Assembly: GCA_028534125.1 (NCBI GenBank)
Contig: CM052816.1
Span: 20,028,001-20,092,000, forward strand
Length of the DNA stretch: 64,000 nt
DNA from: Lama glama
Taxonomy: Eukaryota
Direction of reading: 5' to 3'
Shown: one piece after another, positions 1 through 11,481 of the stretch
Layout: each line of letters begins with the position of its first letter
How positions within the stretch are numbered: the first letter of the stretch is position 1
Made by a program: the position numbers and the translations under genes
Notes under the pieces: generated by a model
Database searches by the model: none
Seen by the model: only the letters and a program-made list of their open reading frames with translations
What the model was told of the DNA's origin: nothing

Positions 1-166
1 TGTTTATGGTGCAAATTAATATTTGTCCTTTGTGTGCCAGTGTGCCATTTCACGACCTCTAACTTACCTTCAAATGCTTTGCAGATATTTTTGCCCCAGG
101 GGGCTTACAGGAGGGGTAGGAATACAAGAAAACTCAGAAAACTATATTCAAGAGTTTCCAGAGTGG

Positions 167-167
<1 letters not shown>

Positions 168-210
<43 letters not shown>
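168..210. repeat. Compound (TG)n(AG)n microsatellite
   Basis: Directly visible. Confidence 0.95.
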
Positions 211-2751
211 CTAGAACCTAATTCCTGCTCCTCCGTAGTACCCCCCACCCCACTGCCCCTACCCATGACTGCACATGCCTGCAGGAACAAGACTTCAGAT
301 AAAGGAATGTGAGAACACCTGAAAAGGGAAGACCTGGTCCAGAGACCCTGGTGAACTTAAATGTGAACCTAAACTAGTAAGTATCTCCCTTATAATGCAT
401 AGCTGCTGAAATAACCCTTACCTTGTGTTGCTAGTGACCTAACTCATGAAGACTGCTAGGGACTGGGTAGTCCATACCCCTAGGACAGAATTTGCCCTTT
501 CCAGTTAACTCTTTGTCTAATCCCATACTGTTCTTAACAACTTCAAAATCTTTCCTGACCTAAGCTGGACTTTTATTTTAGGGACCTGACTATGAGAACA
601 TTCCCATCTGTTTTTCTCTGTTTTAAAACTCTCTGCTGTTGGAGTACATTTAGCTATGGCTCCTCTCAAACCCCCACTGCCCATTGTGGACAGGTAGATC
701 AGTAGAGAATTCAGGAGCCTGAGTTTAAAAAAGAGGCCCATGGTGATTTAAGATCTGAAACAGAAGGTGACTAGAATAGTTGGGACTGGTCAAGTTGACA
801 CAAGCTAGGAACCAAGTTCTGCTTGGGTGGCCAACTCTGTTTCAAGGACCCTTGGTGAACTCTTAAAATTCTAGAGACTTGAGAAACAGTCATCCTAAAG
901 CAGCCTTTCTAACCTCACAAAAGCCATTTCAGCTTCTTTAGTATAATGAATTAGTTTCAGTCTCCAATCCTATACTTTGAGATATAGGCCTGGTCAGTCT
1001 GTTACCCTTGCCCCTTCTGTGCCTTGTTGTGTTTCTAGAAGTGCATGCGGGAGCTGATTCCCTTTCTTTGGAACAATGTAAAGAACCATTCTGCTTCGCT
1101 GCACATGTGGCCTTCCTAGCCAGGCTTTTATTGTACACTGAATAGAGCTGGGCCTTTCAAAATGTAGTTACAGTTAGAAGAGAGTCTAGCCACAGGGCCT
1201 CCTGTAAAAGGAGGAAACACTCTCCAATTGGGAGACTTGAGAAGGCCCTGCTAGCTTGTTGGGCTGAGCCCTTACCATGTCCCCTGAGCCCAGGATGGGC
1301 AGAAGTAGCAGCTGCAGCAGGAGAGGGGTCAAGTTCTATACTTCAAGCAAGTCTGCCAGTTGTACAGGAATGTGTAAGGGAGGCTGGGGTAACTTGTGTT
1401 ACGATATCTCAGAAGACAGAGCTGGTTCTTCCCTGGGTGGGACTGCTGTGGTATTAGAAGTTGAATTTGGGGCTACACTCTCAGATCACCCCGTGATCCT
1501 ACAGGAATGTGCTGGTCTGATCTAGGAAGATTTGAGTTTCCTCTTTGAAGTCAGTTTAAAAGAAAAAAAAATTTTTTAAGGCTGGTTTGAGTTTAACAAG
1601 TGGCCAAAGCCCCTCTCTTTACCCTCACATAAACAAAGAATACATTGTTCATGTACCCAGTATGCTCTAAATAAGACACCAGATCAGATGCAGCAACTCA
1701 GTCTTGCATAAGCCTTGGTTAAAATGTAGTTTTTTGAAACAACTAGGCCAGTAGCCAGAGCGGAATTCTTTAAATGGGACAGATGCCGAGAGAATGGCTG
1801 GTCTCCTTTAGCACCCTTCCAGAAAAAAAGCAAGTCTGGGATTACCGCTTCCAGTGGCCTACTTTTAAATAGACACTTCTCTGGAAGATGACTTTATTTA
1901 TAAATATTTTAAAACATAAAATCCAAAAAATATAACTCAATGAAGTAAAAATTACAATGCATGATGGTGGCCCAGTGGTTGGCTGTTGGGATACACTTCT
2001 TGCCCAGTATTCTAATGGTTGACTGACCTATTGCAATGGCTTTATGACAGACACCTTTTACATTCATGATGGTTCTCAAGAAATTAAAAATATACTTTAA
2101 CATGATGGAAGTTACTGTGTTAAATAGGTTTTTTCAAACTTGAGAGGTTTTGTATAAAAATATGAATACTTCAGGAAATGCTTCAAGCACTTTAATAGTC
2201 TTGGGAGGTAAGGGTACTATTAAAATACCCCTTTTGGATTTTATGATGGATGATACAAAGTAGTAAGAGTCCTCTTTGTCCTTGTTTTCCTCTAAATAGG
2301 GTATGTACTTGTGGAGTGTTGGGTCTTTTCTCTCTGCCCTCAGAGGAAGATGAAGCCCAATGGTGATGTGCATGTTTCTGGCTGGACTGTTTTAGGGGCT
2401 ATGGGTGGCAGTTTCCAGCCCATTCTCATAAGAGCAATGGTGGCAGGCTGGCCTGTGCCTGCAATCAGATGTGAGGTCAGAGGATTGAAGGGTTGAGCAG
2501 AGATTGGAATGGGAGCTTATACCTAGCGTGAGCCCCTCTCTCTCAGTTGTGGCAGGACCTATCTAAGGGGAGATGGCAAGAGTAATCCCTGGCTTGTGTA
2601 GGTTCAAAGTCCTGAGAACATGTTTACCATAATAGAGAATAAGCGCCAAGTTTTGTGGCTGTAGGGGAAAGAAAAATGTCATACATACTGTTACTGAAAT
2701 AGCTTATTCCTCAGGGTCAAGCTTTAAAAAAGAAACCCAGTAAAAATTATC

Positions 2752-2757
2752 TTTATT
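2752..2757 (-). terminator. Probable TCF7 polyadenylation signal AATAAA
   Basis: AATAAA with upstream TGTA and downstream GT/T-rich tract (ctgggtttctttttt); a second AATAAA lies at 1893-1898. Confidence 0.6.
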
Positions 2758-3942
2758 CTCAAGTCAGAAAAGTTTTTCTATGATACGCATTACCAATACA
2801 AAAATAGTTTGAATACTACGATGGTCATTTTTTCCTCAAGATTTCTTGCAATGCTACACTAGAATATAGATCTTTGGATTCTGAGAAGCCAGTGGGTAAA
2901 GTAAGAACTAAAGGCTTTTGTTGAGGGGGAGTGTGTGGGTACAGGAAAAGCCCTTTTTCTTTGGATTCAGGCTATGTACAGTGAAGAGGAGGCAAAAAAA
3001 ATACAACTTAAATTAAATTAAAAAAATTTTTTTAAGGCTCAATTGAAGCTTGGCTCAGAAGTGGGTTAAAGTAGGCTGTGGTGAAAACCCACTGTCCACC
3101 ACGAGAGGTTTTCTGGGTGCCTTGCTTTGGTTGTGATGGTCCTCCTTCCTGCAGCCCCATAGGGAAACTGAAGCTGGCCTAGTTTCATGCTGGAAGATAG
3201 GCACTGGCTGTCTTGAGGTTTGGTTTGCCCTGTCTTAGAACTGAGAGCTGCCTAGACTGACATGGATAAGCTGGAACTGGAGCTGTGAAAAAGGCTCTCA
3301 AAAGGGGGAGGGATGCACACTGGATTTTGAGCCATGACTTACTTGAACCTTTGATTGCAGCCAGTAATGACTGAGGCCTTTTGGTATCAGGGAGTCTTAA
3401 GTGATCGAGTTTCTCAGGAAACATTTCCAAGTAATTTGAACTAGATCTGCATACCCCCACTACCCACACTTGCCTGATAAGGTAGTGTCAGGTTATTCTT
3501 GTTGCCTAGGGTGACAGGCCTAAAGCTAACCAATTCCATTTGCTTCTCTTCTTGCAAGCTCCTGAGAATGTGGCAAGAGGTTTCCTCTGGTCCATCATAG
3601 AGATAGCAGCTGGTTTTCTGTAAATGGCTTCTGTTGTCTTGAGCTTTGTGGTTGTGACCATGCTCACATGTTGTTTGATAAACCAGCTCATTCTTGGTCC
3701 ATGAAATATCTGGTATGGGGAGGGCTTGGCAGTGGTGGGGTTGGGGGGGGCAGGGTGGGGAAAGCAGTTGGGCTCAGTCCAGCCCACCTATGACCTATAG
3801 CAGAAAAGCAAGGGAAGCAGGGGCATCTGGCTAGCAAGACAGATGTGAGAAGAATAGATGCAGGCCGCCATAGGCATATCAGATGGCACAACACAGATCT
3901 GATTCCCACCATTTGGAGCAGTTTGAATAGATGGCCCCAGTT

Positions 3943-4393
3943 TCAGGCAGAAGTTGTGCAGCCTCTGAAATCTCCAGGGCCTGGACCCTGAGAGGGAACT
4001 AACAGGGCCCCTGGCCGGTTTCCACGGGCTTTGGGGCTCTGCCGTCTCCTCTCAGAGGGTGGACCCCTGGAGGAGGCTGTGTGTCCTGTGCATGCTAGGC
4101 TGCCTGTCTCTGAGGCTCCTGTTGCTGTACCTCTGTGCTCTGTAGGTCGCTGTGAGGGGCCTGAGGGGGCCCAAGGGGCTGGGAGGCTGAGAGCAGCCGA
4201 GAGACCTGGTGATGTAGGCGCTGGCTCCGCAGGGCTAGCAAGCAGTTCTGTGGGAAAGTGGGGCAGCAGGAGGTATGAGGGCGAGTCCTGGGGGGCTGGG
4301 GACCCGGGGCAGTCTAGAGCACTGTCATCGGAAGGAACGGGGCTGGGGCAGCGGCCTTCTCCGGGTAAGTACCGAATGCATTTCTTTTTCCTC
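3943..4393 (-). CDS. TCF7: TCF7 terminal exon in E-tail frame (after the C-clamp exon)
   Basis: tcctag|GAGG; RKKKCIRYLPGEGRCPSPVPSDDSAL...CTTSA*; completes the 4th C-clamp cysteine; distal part apparently frameshifted (see findings). Confidence 0.85.
4314..4393 (-). CDS. TCF7: TCF7 terminal exon in short-tail frame (exon 9 spliced directly)
   Basis: Same acceptor in another frame: GGKRNAFGTYPEKAAAPAPFLPMTVL*, a recognised TCF-1 C-terminus. Confidence 0.9.
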
Positions 4394-4416
4394 CTAGGAA
4401 TAGTGAAGAGAGTTAT
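4394..4416 (-). CDS. TCF7: TCF7 alternative terminal acceptor giving DNSLHYS*
   Basis: tgtttacag|ATAACTCTCTTCACTATTCCTAG; matches a recognised TCF-1 short tail. Confidence 0.75.
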
Positions 4417-5737
4417 CTGTAAACAGAGGGTGAATTCATAGTCATACACCACAACCAAAAAATGCTGTCCTTGCACAGGCCTAACTGACCTCTTGGCCCC
4501 TCTCCCCATGACTTGGGTGACATGCCTGTGCCTTCACTTAGCACTGCACCTCTTCTGAGCCTGTCCAGATGTGGAGCAGGTGCAGTTCCCAGCACAGCCA
4601 CATGGTGGCACAGGGACCTTTTGTAGTTTAGCCTGTGGTCGGCCTGTTGTTTTTTGGTGAGCCATCTCCTAGTCTAGGCCATTGAGGCTCTGCTTCACGT
4701 ATCTGTGGGGCTCAGATCTGATTAAGGGAAGGGGCTGCAATACTTGAGGCTTCTTGGGCTGAGCAATCCTAGTGCTCAAAGCTAAGCTCAGAACAGAGAA
4801 AAGGAAGAAATGGACAGTGACTCATCTCATCCATTTCTACCATCTTATAGAGTTCTCTGCGCCATAATTTGTCTCTGAAATTGGAATGGATGAGGACAGG
4901 GTCACCTCCCATCATATATACATACACATACATACTTATTCCCCCAGTTCCTCTTTGTCCTTGGACAGGGAGCATGGTGGGCACTCTGAGAGACTGGCCC
5001 AGTATTCCCTGGAGTCAGTGAACTTACTGCCTGGAGTAGCCTCAGCCTTGGCCCTACCTGGCATGGCCTGATCCTAAACTAGGCAACGTTAGCCAGTTGG
5101 TAGGTATACCTTCTTTTTACATACACAAGTATTTCTTTATTATACGGTGAAACACACAGGTTTAGTGCCTCAAGGCCTGAGTAGGGGTACCCCTGCTTGT
5201 CCCTCCCTACCTCTCAAACCCTCTGGACTCAGTAGGGACCTGACAATACATCACATGGCCACGTGGCATCTAGGTTATTCAGGTTGTTCTCTACTGTCAT
5301 TTTGTTCTTAGGTTTAAGGGCTCAGGATAGTATAGCTAATATCCCAGTTTGGAGAAGTGAGGAAGCTGGTGGCCCATGATGACTTTGAGGCCTGGGAGCA
5401 GGGACTCAGGCCACCTAAATGGTGTGTGTGAGATACGTCTGCTGCCGATCTGCTAGCACCAGACCATCATTACTTAGAGGACCCCAAGCACCAGAACTAT
5501 CTTCTAAGTCTGCTTTTCCTTACCTTCTAGAACATTGCCTCTCCCCCTCCTCCCACCTAGACCCAAGTGATATCCCCACAAGCTGTGTTCCGTGTTTGTT
5601 CTCATTCTTAGGATGTATGGGCCCCCCAGTCTGTGGGTATGCTGGGGGCAAAAGAGGGCTGCAGGCCCAGCAGAATGTGTGCAGAGTCAGGGAAGCAGCT
5701 TGAAGCAAAGGGAGGATGGTGGTGGGGACAAACCCAC

Positions 5738-5810
5738 CTGCATGGACCACACCAATCCGTCTGCTGGTTGAGGCCAAAGCGAGCACGGCATTTCTTAGGC
5801 GAGCCAGGGT
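5738..5810 (-). CDS. TCF7: TCF7 alternative C-clamp (CRARF) exon, 73 nt
   Basis: gtgagcag|AC; DPGSPKKCRARFGLNQQTDWCGPCR; AG|GTGGGT; translated by hand. Confidence 0.94.
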
Positions 5811-7002
5811 CTGCTCACAGCCATGCCAGAGGGGCAGAGCAGGGCAGAGGGCGAGCAGGCAGGCAGCAGGGCAGAGCAGGGCCCAGAAAGAAGAGGTAAC
5901 ATAAGTGTTAGCCAGTCACAGATGCCCCATAGCCCCCACAGGCAGAGGGCCTCTCCATGGTACAGCCAGCCCCAGTGGGAGCCCTAGGGCCCAGAACTGA
6001 GAGATATCAGGAAAGGTTGGCACCCAGCTGGCAGTATAGAGGCAGTGGGAAGAATGGTGGGGGTGGGGAGGAAAGGGACCCTATTGGCTGGCTCCTCTCC
6101 ATGGCTTGTGGGGCCCCTTGCAGCAAGGGAGCTGAAGGGAGAAGGGCCTACAGGGGCCTGTGGAGACTCAGCCTCTTCTGTCTTAGGGCTACCTGCCCCC
6201 TCCCCATTTTGTCTGGATTTTCTTCATCTTTGCCAATGCCCAATGTGCCTGACCCATATCCCTGCAAGCTGTAGCTTAAGCTAATGCTACACACTCTTCC
6301 AGAAGTAAAGTCCATTTTTCAGCCTTCGAATAAAGGCTGAGGTCTCTGCTATGCCCCAGTCTTAGCCTCTAGCTTCCTTGTGTCGGGGCAGCACAGCTGA
6401 GAAAGTTATTCATGGATGTGGAGTTTGAATAATCAGAGTTGGGGCAGGAATTCACCCACAGAAGACTGCAGCAGGGTGTGGCCTCCTTGGGTCCTCTACC
6501 ACAGAGCACTGTGCATCATCATGAGAAACTGGGGGTGGGGTGATAGAGAAATTGCCAGTCACACAGCAGGCTGTTTGACTACTAGACTCAGGCATGGGGC
6601 CTGGCTCAGCCTTTGCCCAGACAGCCTGCTGCCCACCTCCGCAGAACTAACTAGGAGGCAGTGTTTGGGTTTAGTCATGAGTCAACCGGTCAGTTCCTCA
6701 CTACTTTCTCTGGCAGAGGCTACCTGTGAGCGGGACTAACAGAAGCTGGGTTGGGGGGAAGTGGTGGAAACCACTGCTTTAAGAATTGGCTTCTGTGTCT
6801 TCCTGGGACTTAGTGTAGCTGCTCCTCTGGTGAGGGTTTAACTTGTGAGATGCAGGCCTTGTTTCCAGAGGGCCCAGGCTCCAGGCCTTCAAGGTTCGTG
6901 GCTGAGAACTCTGCCTCACCCTCTGGGCAAAGCAGGGCTGGGGCTGCTCATGAAATGAGGATCTGGAGAGGAGCCTCCACTACTGCTGAGAGAAGGCCTC
7001 AC

Positions 7003-7051
7003 CTGTGTTGGATTCTTGGTGCTTCTCCCTCGACCTCCTCTTCTTCTTCCC
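7003..7051 (-). CDS. TCF7: TCF7 exon 9 (49 nt), basic tail/NLS
   Basis: tctctgcag|GGG; GKKKRRSREKHQESNT; G|GTGAGG. Confidence 0.96.
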
Positions 7052-7558
7052 CTGCAGAGAACAAAGCAGGGGATGCTCAGGTCTGGGAGGCGGACACTGT
7101 AACCCCAGTGAGCGGGTGGTTGGTACACCTGCAGCCTTCTGCCTAGCCTGGCTGCCACTGGGATTCCAGGCACACAGTCTACTCTGAGCTGGGGACCCTG
7201 GTGTTTCTTGACTGCAATTTTTGCTGGGTTACCCTGGGGCAGTTAGGGGCTCCTCCTCCCTCTCTCACACTGGTCTCCCTTTTGAATGGAGAAGGTGACT
7301 TCCAGGCCCCTTCCTCCCCTCCTGTTGTTCTCCAGTCAAATACTGGACCCTGTGTGGAAGTGCACCCTGGGGGAAAATAGGACATGAGCCAGCCTTTAGG
7401 GGCAGCTCCCCTTGTTTGGTCCTCTTCTGACCCCCTATTCCACCATTTCCCCTCCTCATCTGTGCCTTCAGGACAGTAGTCCTGCCTTCCCTGGTGAGAC
7501 TGTGGCCTGGAGTATGACATTTTGAAGGTTCCCCTACTGTATGTTGTTGGCCACTCAC

Positions 7559-7666
7559 ATAGTTGTCCCGCGCCGACCAGCCTGGGTATAGCTGCATGTG
7601 CAGCTGCCTCTCCTTGCGGGCCAGCTCATAATATTTGGCCTGCTCTTCTCGCGACAGCGCGTGCCA
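7559..7666 (-). CDS. TCF7: TCF7 exon 8 (108 nt), HMG box C-terminal part
   Basis: ccctgcag|[48 protein letters not shown]. Confidence 0.98.
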
Positions 7667-7773
7667 CTGCAGGGGAGGGGACACATGGGGGTGCATCAGG
7701 GAGTCAGCAGGCTGCACCAGGGTGAAGGTAGTCTGGGGCCACCCGTACCAGCCCACCTGCCCCTCATCCTCAC

Positions 7774-7936
7774 CCTGCGGCCCAAGATTTGGTTGATGGC
7801 AGCGCTCTCCTTGAGCGTGCATTCTGCAATGACCTTGGCTCTCATCTCCTTCATGTACAGCATGAAGGCATTGAGTGGCTTCTTGATGGTTGGCTTCTTG
7901 GCCTCCTTCTCTGCCTTGGATTCTGCCTGCGTCTTC
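7774..7936 (-). CDS. TCF7: TCF7 exon 7 (163 nt), HMG box N-terminal part
   Basis: cctctcag|[64 protein letters not shown]. Confidence 0.98.
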
Positions 7937-8402
7937 CTGAGAGGCACATAAACAGATCACTCAGGAGCCACCATGGTGTCCACCTAATGCCACCACTCTC
8001 TTCTAGTGTGTCCAGAATGTATGTAAATGCATGGATACTAGGGTTTTTTTAATGGAGTCTTTTTTTTTTTTTTAGCTGCCTCAAAATAGACGAGCAGAGT
8101 TAAGTTACTGTTCCTTATAGGAATACTGCTGCTAAGTAAGGAAAGTATGTGCAGGACTTCCAGCCCCTTCCCTATTGGCTCAAACTAAATACTCGTTCTC
8201 CATCCCGCCCCTCCCTGCTGCTTCTGAGGATCAAAAAACAGTGGTTGGTCAGTGGCAAATGCCACAAGACAGCTTGACCAGAGGCCTCCTTTGGCAGTCT
8301 CTGGAGCTTCCAGGCAGCAGGTCTTGGGCCTGGTGGGAGGAATGTGTACCCTGAGGTCTGCTTACCCTCACCCCTTCCCCTCCCTCCTGTCTTTTCACTC
8401 AC

Positions 8403-8522
8403 AGGCTGCGGTCATAGGGCTGCAGCTCCTGCTTCCCTGAAGGGGGCACAATGGCTGGGTGGGGAATGGCTGCGGGGTGACCAGGTACACCAGAGCCTAA
8501 CATCAGGGATGGGTGGGTGAAC
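8403..8522 (-). CDS. TCF7: TCF7 exon 6 (120 nt)
   Basis: cctctag|G; FTHPSLMLGSGVPGHPAAIPHPAIVPPSGKQELQPYDRSL; CT|GTGAGT. Confidence 0.96.
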
Positions 8523-8739
8523 CTAGAGGCAGAAGGAGAGTTAACACTGAGCCAGGAACGTATGAGCCAGACCTTTGAACACAGAGAGGCCCCTGCACAG
8601 ACATGAGGACAGGTGAATAGATGCCCCACCTCCACTGGCCTGCAAACAGTTACACAGAAATATACAAATACCTGCTCCCAACACACTGCACAGACACATC
8701 GACAAAATCTACATATATGTCAAACTCAGGTGTTTACTA

Positions 8740-9120
8740 AAGTCCTAAATAGCTTTTGAATCTGCCCCCTTCTTACCTCCTTCCCTCACCAGCTCAGCCT
8801 CAGCCTGTGGCTGCCCTGTGGGCTTCATTGCTTTCCTGCTTGACCTCCCAGTCCTCTCTCCATGTAACAGCCAGAGTGACCTTTTAAAAACACCTGAGTG
8901 CTCCTGGCCACTTGTGTTAAAATTCCCCCACTGCCCATAGGATAAAACTCAGGCTTCTCCCTAGGCCTTGCACAGTCCTGCATGACTACCCTGCTGACGT
9001 TTCTAGCTGCATCCCCCACACTCTCCCCTTCCTGTTTCCCATCACTTCCCACCCCCAGCCATCTCCTGCTATTACTGTTACTGCTGTTCCCTTTGTCCCC
9101 CTCATGAGCTTCCTTTTCAT
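8740..9120 (+). mobile_element. L2 fragment
   Basis: CAGCCAGAGTGACCTTTTAAAA..CCCACTGCCCATAGGATAAAACTCAGGCT. Confidence 0.55.
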
Positions 9121-9777
9121 GAAGCTCTCCCTGACCCATCAGACCTGGCTGGAGTCTCCTTGGGGCTTCCCCATCGCCCAGGTATCCCTTCAGCTGCTGC
9201 TGTTTGTCTATACTCCCACCCTGGGGCTGCGAGCTCCAGTAGGGCTAGAAATGTCTGCTGAACTCCTTGTTTCCTACCTGGCATGGCTCTGTCAGTGAGG
9301 GAATGAGCTAAGTGAAAGGACACACGTATACACATACCCCCAACTTTCTGGCTGTTTGATGGACACCAGTCTGTCCCTTGCTGCTTGTGCAGGTATGGAG
9401 TCTCTGAGCATGTAGCCCCTACGGGCTGGGGGTTGGAGACACATGTAAAAGGTGCTGCCTTGGGCAGACGTCAGGGGATGCCCAAGAGAGTTGTCCTGCC
9501 CCGCCTACCCTTCTCTCATCAGGGATACACAACAAAGGTGAGTGCACTGTCTCTCCCTGCTCTGCAGTGCTCTGCACAGTATGGCCTGGGCTTAGGCCTC
9601 TTGTACTCCCACTGGCTTCATTCTCAGGTACAGGGCAGCATGGGGCTGCAGAATGACAGACGGACAGATGGACAGACGACTAACACAGGGCAAGCACTGG
9701 CCTGGGCATGGCCTCTTGTGGGCACTGAAGCCTGGGCAACAGGAAGCAGGAGCCTAGCTTCAGGGTAGGGGACTCAC

Positions 9778-9870
9778 CTGGGGTAGGGGGCGCCAGGGGC
9801 TGCGGTGGGGGCAGGGAAGTGCTGTCTATATCCGCAGGAAGGGGACAGGGGGTAGAGAGGAGGACTGGGC
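9778..9870 (-). CDS. TCF7: TCF7 alternative cassette exon (93 nt, 31 aa, phase 2-2)
   Basis: ccaaccacag|G; PSPPLYPLSPSCGYRQHFPAPTAAPGAPYPR; AG|GTGAGT; symmetric phase allows in-frame skipping. Confidence 0.92.
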
Positions 9871-10015
9871 CTGTGGTTGGGAGAGATAGCTGTTAGCAAT
9901 CTGGCTACTGGCCAAAGGTGGGGAAGGACTTCCCCACCTTGCTTGGGCCTGACCCCTAGTGTAATAAGGCAAATTGGCTTCTACTTAGACCTCTCCCATG
10001 TATGTTTTTAACACC

Positions 10016-10032
10016 TGCCACCAGAGGGCAAC
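10016..10032 (+). promoter_or_regulatory. CTCF motif
   Basis: TGCCACCAGAGGGCAAC. Confidence 0.5.
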
Positions 10033-11390
10033 CTGTGCTATTCCTCTTTCCCTCTACAGGCTTACCTTCCCTCTACTGGTGCTTAAGGGATAGAAATGGT
10101 ATCATTCTTCTGGAACCCAGCTTAGTAGGCCCCTGAACTCCCCTTCAGCCTCGCCTCCTGAAATTTCCCTGCCAATACAGGGTTGATGCCTGCCCTACAG
10201 GCTTTGTACCCACTGTTGACACTGTCGGGATTGTTCTTCTGCCCTACTTTGTCTGCTTCAACTCCTGGTCATCCATCATGGTCTTGCTTGGCCCAAAACA
10301 TCCTTTCTCTTGAAAGCCTTTGAGAGTCCAAGATGGATGAGGCATCCCTCTGGGCTCCTGCAGTTCCCAAGGAACTGCTAACAGTGCCCAGTCATTGTCC
10401 GGCCACTTGCCCGAGTTGTATGCTAGGTGGACTGAGTTCTGAGAGGGCAGGGACCTGAGAATGAACCAGCTTCAGCAGTGCTGCTTTGGTACCCAGAACC
10501 TGCCGTGTGCACTTCAATCCTGGGAGGTACTAGTAGGGGTAGTCCTGATTTATTTTCAAGGTGGAACTTTATCCAGAGAGAATTTGGACATGGAAGAGTA
10601 AGCTGAACTTGGATAAAGGGCAAGGGGAAAGGAGCAGGGGCACCCATGGTTGGACTTCTGGCCTGCCCCGCCTTCCTGGGAAGCCAAGCTTTCCAGCCAT
10701 TGGGTGATTGCCCCAGCCTAGAGAGGCTAGAGGCCTGCCCGGGGTCACACTGTGGTTGATGAAGAAAGGGCCATGTAGCCTGCTGAGGCCCAACTCCAGC
10801 TGAAGACGTGCCCTCTGGCCCATGTTTCGGCCTAGCAAATGGGATCCAGGCTGGCTCTTCCTGGCCCAGCTTTAGTAGACGCTCAAGCAGGCTGGCGAGG
10901 GGCCTGAACTCAAGCAGGTACCACGGGCAGGGAGGAACCTGCCCTTCAAGCAGCTCAGCCAAGGAAGGGACCAGCCAGCAGTAGACATTGAGGCAAGTGG
11001 GAAATAGCCCCCCTGTCCACCAGGCCACCAAAAAGCAACAGCCTCTCTTGTGATCATTCATGCTGTCACTTCCCTTTTCAGGCCTACCTTTTCTTCCTCA
11101 CATACTCAACATGGCCCTGAACAGCCCATGGTTCCCCTATTCAAGTCTCGTAGACATTAAGGTAGGATTCAAGTGCGACTGGGGCTGGGACCAAGAGCTA
11201 GGTGTCCTGCCTTCCCAAAAGGAGTCTGGCTGGCTGGCTGATGAGCAGATAGAGCTGCTGGCCAGCCTCTGGTACCTACACAGAGCTGGCAGCTAGGTGC
11301 TCGGCACAGAAGGGTGCAGGAGGAAAACGGAAGGGCAGGTATGAGTCCAAACAGCACAAGGTACCCCTTTCCCATTGGGCCCTCACTCAC

Positions 11391-11481
11391 CAGCTCACAG
11401 TGTGGGGGAGCTGTCCCATGCTGCCTGAGGTCAGAGAGTAGAAGCCAGAGAGGTCAGAGGTCTGCAGAGGCCTGTGAACTC
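11391..11481 (-). CDS. TCF7: TCF7 exon 5 (91 nt, or 88 nt with the distal NAGNAG acceptor)
   Basis: actgcag|GAGTT; (G)VHRPLQTSDLSGFYSLTSGSMGQLPHTVSW; TG|GTGAGT; not in the ORF track, translated by hand. Confidence 0.95.

Noticed and set aside
1..2700. SKP1 exons
   Set aside because: Expected nearby by synteny, but no SKP1 coding sequence is recognisable in the window
7265..7960. 231-aa ORF over the HMG exons as a separate protein or retained-intron isoform
   Set aside because: It is in frame only with exon 8; the 107-nt intron 7 is not a multiple of 3, so it is a chance read-through
10423..11061. 212-aa intronic ORF (similarly 27830-28429, 29266-29907, 43225-43797, 53761-54321)
   Set aside because: No recognisable homology, domain or splice context; expected by chance in GC-rich mammalian DNA
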